Assembly: GCF_009914755.1 (NCBI RefSeq) | Contig: NC_060946.1 | DNA from: the human T2T-CHM13v2.0 reference genome, Homo sapiens | Length of the DNA: 64,000 nucleotides | Direction: 5' to 3' (one strand) | In this document: piece after piece, positions 1-13,200 of the stretch | How positions within the stretch are numbered: the stretch's first letter is position 1 | Layout of the letters: each line of letters opens with the position of its first letter | Notes under the pieces: generated by a model | The model's input: only the letters and a program-made list of their open reading frames with translations | The model's database searches: none | What the model was told of the DNA's origin: nothing | Program-made: the position numbers and the translations under genes

Positions 1-378
1 GAAATATCAAAGTTCACAAACCATATATTATATACTGTACATAAAATATCAAAGTACCCAAGGTATATATTCTATACTGTACAATAAATATCAAAGTACC
101 CAAAGCATGTATTATATACTGTGCATAAAATATGAAAGTACATCAAATATATATTTTATTCTGTACATAAAATATCAAAGTACACCGAATATATATTCTA
201 TAATGTACATAAAATATCAAAGTACCCTAACTATACATTATATACTGTACATAAAATATGAAATTACATCAAATATATATTATATTAGGTACATAAAATA
301 TGAAAGTACATCAAATATAGATTATATACTGTACATTAAATACCAAAGTACCCCAAGTATATATTTTATACTGTACAT
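1..378. repeat. Example of the full-length 378-bp unit (9 x 42 bp)
   Basis: The diagnostic monomer GAAATATCAAAGTTCACA starts at 1 and recurs at 379. The nine monomers have a fixed order, recognisable by GTTCACAAAC, CCCAAGGT, CAAAGCATG, TTTTATTCTG, CACCAGAT, ACTATACATT, GAAATTAC..TTAGG, ATAGATT and CCCCAAAT..CATG. Confidence 0.97.
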
Positions 379-751
379 GAAATATCAAAGTTCACAAACC
401 ATATATTATATACTGTACATAAAATATCAAAGTACCCAAGGTATATATTCTATACTGTACAAAAAATATCAAAGTACCCAAAGCATGTATTATATACTGT
501 ACATAAAATATGAAAGTACATCAAATATATATTTTATTCTGTACATAAAATATCAAAGTACACCAGATATATATTCTATAGTGTACATAAAATAACAAAG
601 TACAAAAACTATAAATTATATACTGTACATAAAATATGAAATTACATCAAATATATATTAGGTACATAAAATATGAAAGTACATCAAATATAGATTATAT
701 ACTGTACATAAAATATCAATGTACACCAAATATATATTTTATACTCTACAT
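379..751. repeat. Example of the 373-bp unit variant (5-bp deletion in the GAAATTAC monomer)
   Basis: The next diagnostic starts are at 752 and 1125 (373 spacing), then 1503 (378). ATATATATTATATTAGG (about 273-289) becomes ATATATATTAGG (about 651-662), a loss of one TATTA. This produces the recurring MKLHQIYIR ORF starts. Confidence 0.96.
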
Positions 752-1989
752 GAAATATCAAAGTTCACAAACTATATATTATATACTGTACATAAAATAT
801 CAAAGTACTCAAGGTATATATTCTATACTGTACAAAAAATATCAAAGTACCCAAAGCATGTATTATATACTGTACATAAAATATGAAAGTACGTCAAATA
901 TATATTTTATTCTGTACATAAAATATCAAAGTACACCAGATATATATTCTATAGTGTACATAAAATAACAAAGTACACAAACTATAAATTATATACTGTA
1001 CATAAAATATGAAATTACATCAAATATATATTAGGTACATAAAATATTAAAGTACATCAAATATAGATTATATACTGTACATAAAATATCAATGTACCCC
1101 AAATATATATTTTATACTCTACATGAAATATCAAAGTTCACAAACCATATATTATATACTGTACATAAAATATCAAAGTACCCAAGGTATATATTCTATA
1201 CTGTACAAAAAATATCAAAGTACCCAAAGCATGTATTATATATGGTACATAAAATATGAAAGTACATCAAATATATATTTTATTCTGTACATAAAAAATC
1301 GAAGTACACCAGATATATATTCTATAGTGTACATAAAATATAAAAATACCCAAACTATACATTATATACTGTACATAAAATATGAAATTACATCAAATAT
1401 ATATTATATTAAGTACATAAAATATGAAAGTACATCAAATATAGATTATATACTGTACATATAATATCAATGTACCCCAAATATATATTTTATACTCTAC
1501 ATGAAATATCAAAGTTCACAAACCATATATTATATACTGTACATAAAATATCAAAGTAACCAAGGTATATATTCTATACTGTACAAAAAATATCAAAGTA
1601 CCCAAAGCATGTATTATATACTGTACATAAAATATGAAAGTACATCAAATATATATTTTATTCTGTACATAAAATATCAAAGTACACCAGATATATATTC
1701 TATAGTGTACATAAAATATCAAAGTACCCAAACTATACATTATACACTGTACATAAAATATGAAATTACATCAAATATATATTACATTAGGTACATAAAA
1801 TATGAAAGTACATCAAATATAGATTATATACTGTACATAAAATACCAAAGTACCCCAAATATATATTTTATACTGTACATGAAATATCAAAGTTCACAAA
1901 CTATATATTATATACTCTACATAAAATATCAAAGTACCCAAGGTATATATTCTATACTGTACAAAAAATATCAAAGTACCCAAAGCATG

Positions 1990-2640
1990 TATTATATACT
2001 GTACATAAAATATGAAATTACTTCAAATATATATTATATTAGGTACATAAAATATGAAAGTACATCAAATATATATTTTATACTGTGCATAAAATACCAA
2101 AGTAAACCAGATATATATTCTATAGTGTACATAAAATATCAAAGTACCCAAACTATGCATTATATACTGTACATAAAATATGAAATTACATCAAATATAT
2201 ATGATATTAGGTACATAAAATATGAAAGTACATCAAATATAGAATATATACTGTGCATAAAATATCAAAGTACCCCAAATATACATTATATAGTCTACAT
2301 GAAATATCAAAATACACAAACTATATATTATATACTGTACATAAAATATCAAAGTACCCAAGTTATGTATTCTATACTGTACAAAAAATATCAAAGTTCC
2401 CAAAGTAAGTATTATATACCGTACATAAAATATGAAAGTACATCAAATATATATTTTATTCTCTACATAAAATATGAATGTACACAAGATATATATTTTA
2501 TATATAATATAAATACATAAGTACATAAAATATCAAAGTACACAAAGTATATATTATGTGCTGTACATAAAATATGAAATTTCATCAAATATATATTAGG
2601 TACATAAAATATGAAAGTACATCAAATATAGATTGTATAC
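1990..2640. repeat. Locally diverged and reordered satellite patch, including a 58-bp monomer
   Basis: Monomer order is broken at about 2005-2110, with many private substitutions (AGTAAACC, ATGATATT, TAGAATAT, AAGTTATG, GTAAGTATT). ACATAAAA anchors at 2465 and 2523 are 58 bp apart instead of 42. Confidence 0.85.
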
Positions 2641-5600
2641 TGTACATAAAATATCAAAGTACACCAAATATATATTATATACTGAACATGAAATATCAAA
2701 GTTCACAAACTATATATTATATACTGTATATAAAATATCAAAGTACCCAAGGTATATATTCTATAGTGTTCAAAAAATATCAAAGTACCCAAAGCATGTA
2801 TTATATACTGTACATAAAATATGAAAGTACATCAAATATATATTTTATTCTGTACATAAAATACCAAAGTACACCAGATATATATTTTATGGTGTACATA
2901 AAATATCAATGTACCCAAACTATACATTATATACTGTACATAAAATATCAAATTACATCAAATATATATTATATTAGGTACATAAAATATGAAAGTACAT
3001 CAAATATAGATTATATTCTGTACATTAAATACCAAAGTACCCCAAATATATATTTTATACTGTACATGAAATATCAAAGTTCACAAACTACATATTATAT
3101 ACTGTACATATAATATCAAAGTACCCGAGGTATATATTCTATACTGTACAAAAAATAACAAAGTACCAAAAGCATGTATTATATACTGTACATAAAATAT
3201 GAAAGTACATCAAATATATATTTTATTCTGTACATAAAATATCAAAGTACACCAGATATATATTCTATAGTGTACATAAAATATCAAAGTACCCAAACTA
3301 TACATTATATACTGTACATAAAATATGAAATTACATCAAATATATATTAGGTACATAAAATATGAAAGTACATCAAATATAGATTATATACTGTATATAA
3401 AATATCAAAGTACCCCAAATATATATTATATACTGTACATGAAATATCAAAGTTCACAAACTATATATTATATACTGTACATAAAATATCAAAGTACCCA
3501 AGCTATATATTCTATACTGCACAAAAAATATCAAAGTACCCAAAGCATGTATTATATACTGTATATAAAATATGAAAGTACATCAAATATATATTTTATT
3601 CTGTATATAAAATATCAAAGTACACCAGATATATATTCTATAGTGTACATAAAATAACAAAGTACACAAACTATAAATTACATACTGTACATAAAATATG
3701 AAATTACATCAAATATATATTAGGTACATAAAATATGAAAGTACATCAAATATAGATTATATACTGTACATAAAATATCAATGTACCCCAAATATATATT
3801 TTATACTCTACATGAAATATCAAAGTTCACAAACCATATATTATATATTGTACATAAAATATCAAAGTACCCAAGGTATATATTCTATACTGTACAAAAA
3901 ATATCAACGTACCCAAAGCATGTATCATATACTGTACATAAAATATGAAAGTACATCAAATATATGTTTTATTCTGTACATAAAATATCAAAGTACACCA
4001 GATATATATTCTATAGTGTACATAAAATATCAAAGTACCCAAACTATACATTATATACTGTACATAAAATATGAAATTACATCAAATATATTTTATATTA
4101 GGTACATAAAATATGAAAGTACATCAAATATAGATTATATACTGTACATAAAATATCAAAGTACCCCAAATATATATTTTATACTGTACATGAAATATCA
4201 AAGTTCACAAACTATATATTATGTACTGTACATATAATATCAAAGTACCCAAGGTATATATTCTATACTATACAAAAAATGTCAAAGTACCCAAAGCCTG
4301 TATTATATACTGTATATAAAATATGAAAGTACATTAAATACATATTTTATTCTGTACATAAAATATCAAAGTACACCAGATATATATTCTATAGTGTACA
4401 TAAAATAACAAAGTACACAAACTATAAATTATATACTGTACATAAAATATGAAATTACATCAAATATATATTAGGTACAAAAAATATGAAAGTACATCAA
4501 ATATAGATTATATACGGTACATAAAATATCAATGTACCCCAAATATATATTTTATACTCTACATGAAATATCAAAGTTCACAAACCATATATTGTATACT
4601 GTACGTAAAATATCAAAGTACCCAAGGTATGTATTCTATACTGTACAAAAAATATCAAAGTACCCAAAGCATGTATTATATACTGTACATAGAATATGAA
4701 AGTACATCAAATATATATTTTATTCTGTACATAAAATATCAAAGTACACCAGATATATATTCTATAGTGTACATAAAATATCAAAGTACCCAAACTATAC
4801 ATTATATACTGTACATAAAATATGAAATTACAACAAATATATATTATATTAGGTACATAAAATATGAAAGTACATCAAACATAGATTATATACTGTACAT
4901 TAAATACCAAAGTACCCCAATTATATATTTTATACTGTACATGAAATATCAAAGTTCACAAACTATATATTATATACTGTACATAAAATATCAAAGTACC
5001 CAAGGTATATATTCCATAGTGTACAAAAAATATCAAGGTATCCAAAGCATGTATTATATACTGTATATAAAATATGAAAGTACATTAAATATATATTTTA
5101 TTCTGTACATAAAATATCAAAGTACACCAGATATATATTCTATAGTGTACATAAAATAACAAAGTACACAAACTATAAATTATATACTGTACATAAAATA
5201 TGAAATTTCATCAAATATATATTAGGTACATAAAATATGAAAGTACATCAAATATAGATTATATACTGTACATAAAATATCAATGTACCCCAAATATATA
5301 TTTTATACTCTACATGGAATATCAAAGTTCACAAACCATATATTATATACTGTACATAAAATATAAAGGACCCAAGGTATATATTCTATACTGTACAAAA
5401 AATATCAAAGTACCCAAAGCATGTATCATATACTGTACATAAAATATGAAAGTACATCGAATATATATTTTATTCTGTACATAAAATATCAAAGTACACC
5501 AGATATATATTCTATAGTGTACATAAAATATCAAAGTACCCAAACTATACATTATATTCTGTACATAAAATATGAAATTACATCAAATATATATTAGGTA

Positions 5601-7299
5601 CATAAAATATGAAAGTACATCAAATATAGATTATATACTGTACATAAAATATCAAAGTACCCCAAATATATATTATATACTCTACATGAAATATCAAAGT
5701 TCACAAACTATATATTATATACTGTACATAAAATATGAAATTACATCAAATATATTTTATATTAGGTACATAAAATATGAAAGAACATCAAATATAGATT
5801 ATATACTTTACATTAAATACCAAAGTACCCCAAATATATATTTTATACTGTACATGAAATATCAAAGTTCACAAACTATATTTTATATACTGTACATATA
5901 ATATCAAAGTACCCAAGGTATATATTCTATACTGTACAAAAAATAACAAAGTACCAAAAGCATGTATTATATACTGTACCTAAAATATGAAAGTACATCA
6001 AATATATATTTTATTCTGTACATAAAATATCAAAGTACACCAGATATATATTCTATAGTGTACATAAAATATCAAAGTACCCAAACTATACATTATATAC
6101 TGTACATAAAATATGAAATTACAGCAAATATATTTTATATTAGGTACATAAAATATGAAAGTACATCAAATATAGATTATATACTGTACATTAAACACCA
6201 AAGTACCCCAAATATATATTTTATACTGTACATGAAATATCAAAATACACAAACTATATATTATATACTGTACATAAAATATCAAAATACCCAAGGTATA
6301 TATTCTATACTGTACAAAAAATAACAAAGTACCAAAAGCATGTATAATATACTGTACATAAAATATGAAAGTACATCAAATATATATTTTATTCTGTACA
6401 TAAAATATCAAAGTACACCAGATATATATTCTATAGTGAACATAAAATATCAAAGTACCGAAACTATACATTATATACTGTACATAAAATATGAAATTAC
6501 ATCAAATATATTTTATATTAGGTACATAAAATATGAAAGTACATCAAATATAGATTATATACTGTACATTAAATACCAAAGTACCCCAAATATATATTTT
6601 ATTCTGTACATGAAATATCAAAATACACTAACTATATATTATATACTGTACATAAAATATCAAAGTACCCAAGGTATATATTCTATACTGTACAAAATAT
6701 AACAAAGTACCAAAAGCATGTATAATATACTGTACATAAAATATGAAAGTACATCAAATATATATTTTATTCTGTACATAAAATATCAAAGTACACCAGA
6801 TATATATTCTATAGTGTACATAAAATATCAAAGTACCCAAACTATACATTATATACTGTACATAAAATATGAAATTACATCAAATATATTTTATATTAGG
6901 TACATAAAATATGAAAGTACATCAAATATAGATTATATACTGTACATTAAATACCAAAGTACCCCAAATATATATTTTATACTCTACATGAAATATCAAA
7001 GTTCACAAACCATATATTATATACTGTACATAAAATAACAAAGTACCCAAGGTATATATTCTATACTGTACAAAAAATATCAAAGTACCCAAAGCATGTA
7101 TTATATACTGTACGTAAAATATGAAAGTACATCAATTATATATTTTATTCTGTACATAAAATATCAAAGTACACCAGGTATATATTCTATAGTGTACATA
7201 AAATATCAAAGTACCCAAACTATACATTATATACTGTACATAAAATATGAAATTACATCAAATATATATTATATTAGGTACATAAAATATGAAAGTACA

Positions 7300-10200
7300 T
7301 CAAATATAGATTATATACTGTACATTAAATATCAAAGTACGCCAAATATATATTATATACTGTACATGAAATATCAAAGTTCACAAACTATATATTATAT
7401 TCTGTACATAAAATATCAAAGTACCCAAGGTATATATTCTATACTGTACAAAAAGTATCAAAGTACCCAAAGCATGTATTATATACTGTATATAAAATAT
7501 GAAAGTACATCAAATATATATTTTATTCTGTACAGAAAATATCAAAGTACACCAGATATATATTCTATAGTGTACATAAAATAACAAAGTACACAAACTA
7601 TAAATTATATGCTGTACATAAAATATGAAATTACATCAAATATATATTGGGTACATAAAATATGAAAGTACATCAAATATAGATTCTATACTGTACATAT
7701 AATATCAATATACCCCAAATATATATTTTATACTCTACATGAAATATCAAAGTTCACAAACCATATATTATATACTGTACATAAAATGTCAAAGTACCCA
7801 AGGTATATATTCTATACTGTACAAATAATATCAAAGTACCCAAAGCATGTATTATATACTGTACATAAAATATGAAAGTACATCAAATATATATTTTATT
7901 CTGTACATAAAATATCAAAGTACACCAGATATATAATCTATAGTGTACATAAAATATCAAAGTTCCCAAACTATACATTATATAATGTACATAAAATATG
8001 AAATTACATCAAATATATATTAGGTACATAAAATATGAAAGTACATCAAATATAGATTATATACTGTACATAAAATATCAAAGTACCCCAAATATATTTT
8101 AAATACTGTAATGAAATATCAAATTTCACAAACTATATATTATATACTGTACATAAAATATCAAAGTACCCAAGGTATATATTCTATACTGTACAAAAAA
8201 TATCAAAGTACCCAAAGCATGTATTATATACTGTAGATAAAATATGAAAGTACATCAAATATGTATTTTATTCTGTACATAGAATATCAAAGTACACCAG
8301 ATATATATTCTATAGTGTACATAAAATAACAAAGTACACAAACTATACATTATATACTGTACATAAAATATGAAATTACATCAAATATATATTAGTTACA
8401 TAAAATATGAAAGTACATCAAATATAAATTATATACTGTACATAAAATATCAATGTAGTCCAAATATATATTTTATACTCTACTTGAAATATCAGAGTTC
8501 ACAAACCATATATTATATACTGTCCATAAAATATCAAAGTACCCAAGGTATATATTCTATACTGTACAAAAAATGTCAAAGTACCCAAGGCATGTATTAT
8601 ATACTGTACATAAAATATGAAAGTACATCAATTATATATTTTATTCTTTACATAAAATATCAAAGTACACCAGATATATATTCTATAGTGTACATAAAAT
8701 ATCAAAGTACCCAAACAATACATTATATACTGTACATAAAATATGAAATTACATCAAATATATATTATATTAGGTACATAAAATATGAAAGTACATCAAA
8801 TATAGATTATATACTGTACATAAAATATCAAAGTACCCCAAATATATATTATATACTGTACATGAAATATCAAAGTTCACAAACCATATATTATATACTG
8901 TACATAAAATATCAAAGTACCCAAGGTATATATTCTATACTGTACAAGAAATATCAAAATACCAAAAGCATGTATTATATACTGTAGATAAAGTATGAAA
9001 TTACATCAAATATATATATTATTCTGTACATAAAATATCAAAGTACACCAGATATATATTCTATAGTGTACATAAAATATCAAAGTACCCAAACTACAAA
9101 TTTTATACTTTACATAAAATATGAAATTACATCAAATATATATTAGGTACATAAAATATGAAAGTACATCAAATATACATTATATACTGTACGTAAAATA
9201 TCAAAGTACCACAAATATATATTATATACTGTACATGAAATATCAAAGTTCACAAACCATATATTATATACTGTACATAAAATATCAAAGTACCCAAGGT
9301 ATGTATTCTGTACTGTACAAAAAATATCAAAGTACGCAAAGCATGTATTATATACTGTACGTAAAATATGAAAGTACATCAATTATATATTTTATTCTGT
9401 ACATAAAATATCAAAGTACACCAGGTATATATTCTATAGTGTACATAAAATAACAAAGTACCCAAACGATACATTATATACTGTACATAAAATATGAAAT
9501 TACATCAAATATATATTATATTAGGTACATAAATTATGAAAGTAGATCAAATATAGATTATATACTGTACATTAAATACCAAAGTACCCCAAATATATAT
9601 TTTATACTGTACATGAAATATCAAAGTTCACAAACTATATATTATATACTGTACATAAAATATCAAAGTACCCAAGGTATATATTCTATACTGTACAAAA
9701 AATATCAAAGTACCAAAAGCATGTATTATATACTGTACATAAAATATGAATGTACATCAAATATATATTTTATTCTGTACATAAAATATGAAAGTACACC
9801 AGATATATATTCTATAGTGTACATAAAATATCAAAGTACCCAAACTATACATTATATACTGTACATAAAATATGAAATTACATCAAATATATATTATATT
9901 AGGTACATAAAATATGAAAGTACATCAAATATAGATTATACACTGTACATTAAATATCAAAGTACGCCAAATATATATTATATACTGTACATGAAATATC
10001 AAAGTTCACAAACTATATATTATATACTGTACATAAAATATCAAAGTACCCAAGGTATATATTCTATACTGTACAAAAAGTATCAAAGTACCCAAAGCAT
10101 GTATTATATACTGTATATAAAATATGAATATACATCAAATATATATTTTATTCTGTACAGAAAATATCAAAGTACACCAGATATATATTCTATAGTGTAC

Positions 10201-13200
10201 ATAAAATAACAAAATACACAAACTATAAATTATATACTGTACATAAAATATGAAATTACATCAAATATATATTAGGTACATAAAATATGAAAGTACATCA
10301 AATACAGATTCTATACTGTACATATAATATCAATGTACCCTAAATATATATTTTATACTCTACATGAAATATCAAAGTTCACAAACCATATATTATATAC
10401 TGTACATAAAATGTCAAAGTACCCAAGGTATATATTCTATACTGTACAAATAATATCAAAGTACCAAAAGCATGTATTATATACTGTACATAAAATATGA
10501 AATTACATCAAATATATATTTTATTCTGTACATAAAATATCAAAGTACACCAGATATATAATCTATAGTGTACATAAAATATCAAAGTTCCCAAACTATA
10601 CATTATATAATGTACATAAAATATGAAATTACATCAAATATATATTAGGTACATAAAATATGAAAGTACATCAAATATAGATTATATACTGTACATAAAA
10701 TATCAAAGTACCCCAAATATATTTTATATACTGTAATGAAATATCAAATTTCACAAACTATATATTATATACTGGACATAAAATATCAAAGTACCCAAGG
10801 TATATATTCTATACTGTACAAAAAATATCAAAGTACCCAAAGCATGTATTATATACTGTAGATAAAATATGAAAGTACATCAAATATGTATTTTATTCTG
10901 TACATAGAATATCAAAGTACACCAGATATATATTCTATAGTGTACATAAAGTCACAAAGTACACAAACTATACATTATATACTGTACATAAGATATGAAA
11001 TTACATCAAATATATATTAGGTACATAAAATATGAAAGTACATCAAATATAGATTATATACTGTACATAAAATATCAATGTACCCCAAATATATATTTTA
11101 TACTCTACTTGAAATATCAGAGTTCACAAACCATATATTATATACTGTACATAAAATATCAAAGTACCCAAGGTATATATTCTATACTGTACAAAAAATG
11201 TCAAAGTACCCAAGGCATGTATTATATACTGTACATAAAATATGAAATTACATCAATTATATATTTTATTCTGTACATAAAATATCAAAGTACACCAGAT
11301 ATATATTCTATAGTGTACATAAAATATCAAAGTACCCAAACTATACATTATATACTGTACATAAAATATGAAATTACATCAAATATATATTATATTAGGT
11401 ACATAAAATATGAAAGTACATCAAATATAGATTATATACTGTACATTAAATACCAAAGTACCCGAAATATATATTTTATACTGTACATGAAATATCAAAG
11501 TTCACAAACCGTATATTATATACTGTACATAAAATATCAAAGTACCCAAGGTATATATTAGATACTGTACAAAAAATATCAAAGTACCCAAAGCATGTAT
11601 TATATACTGAACATAAAATATGAAATTACATCAAATATATATTTTATTCTGTACATAAAATATCAAAGTACACCAGATATATATTCTATAGTGTACATAA
11701 AATATCAAAGTACCCAAACTACAAATTTTATACTTTACATAAAATATGAAATTACATCAAATATATATTAGGTACGTAAAATATGAATTTACATCAAATA
11801 TAGATTATATACTGTACATAAAATATCAAAGTACCCCAAATATATATTATATACTGTACATGAAATATCAAAGTTCACAAACTATATATTATATACTGTA
11901 CATAAAATGTCAAAGTACCCAGGGTATATATTGTATACTGTACAAAAAATATGAAAGTACCCAAAGCATGTATTATATACTGTACATAAAATATGAAAGT
12001 ATATCAAATATGTATTTTATTCTGTACATAAAATATCAAAGTACACCAGATATATATTCTATAGTGTAGATAAAATAACAAAGTACAAATCTATAAATTA
12101 TATACTGTACATAAAATATGAAATTACATCAAATATATATTAGGTACATAAAATATGAAAGTACATCAAATATAGATTATATACTGTACATAAAATATCA
12201 AAGTACCCCAAATATATATTTTATACTCTAAATGAAATATCAAAGTTCACAAACCATATATTATATACTGTACATAAAATATCAAAGTACCCAAGGTATA
12301 TATTCTATACTGTAGAAAAAATATCAAAGTACCCAAAGCATGTATTATATACTGTAAATAAAATATGAAATTACATCAAATATATATTTTATTCTGTACA
12401 TAAAATATCAAAGTACACCAGATATATATTCTATAGTGTACATAAAATATCAAAGTACCCAAACTACAAATTTTATGCTTTACATAAAATATGAAATTAC
12501 ATCAAATATATATTAGGTACATAAAATATGAAAGTACATCAAATATAGATTATTTACTGTACATAAAATATCAAAGTACCCCAAATATATATTTTATACT
12601 CTACATGAAATATCAAAGTTCACAAACTATATATTATATACTGTACATAAAATATCAAAGTACCCAAGGAATATATTCTATACTGTACAAAAAATATCAA
12701 AGTACCCAAAGCATGTATTATATACTGTACATCAAATATGAAAGTACATCAAATATATATTTTATTCTGTACATAAAATATCAATGTACACCAGATATAT
12801 ATTCTATAGTGTACATAAAATAACAAAGTACCCAAACTATACATTATATACTGTACATAAAATATGAAATTACATCAAATATATTTTATATTAGGTACAT
12901 AAAATATGAAAGTACATCAAATATAGATTATATACTGTACATTAAATACCAAAGTACCCCAAATATATATTTTATACTGTACATGAAATATCGAAGTTCA
13001 CAAACTATATATTATATACTGTACATAAAATATCAAAATACCCAAGGTATATATTCTATACTGTACAAAAAATAACAAAGTACCAAAAGCATGTATAATA
13101 TACTGTACATAAAATATGAAAGTACATCAAATATATATTTTATTCTGTACATAAAATATCAAAGTACACCAGATATATATTCTATAGTGAACATAAAATA

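Noticed and set aside
283-290. TTAGG motif as a telomere-like repeat
   Set aside because: It occurs once per unit as part of one monomer, never in tandem and never as TTAGGG.
438-460. Hairpins or terminators from GTATA..TATAC and TGTACA palindromes
   Set aside because: The stems are only 5-6 bp, AT-rich and weak, and no long inverted repeat exists because the array has one orientation.
605-625. TATAAA / TATA-box promoters
   Set aside because: These are expected by chance in TA-rich satellite, with no supporting promoter context.
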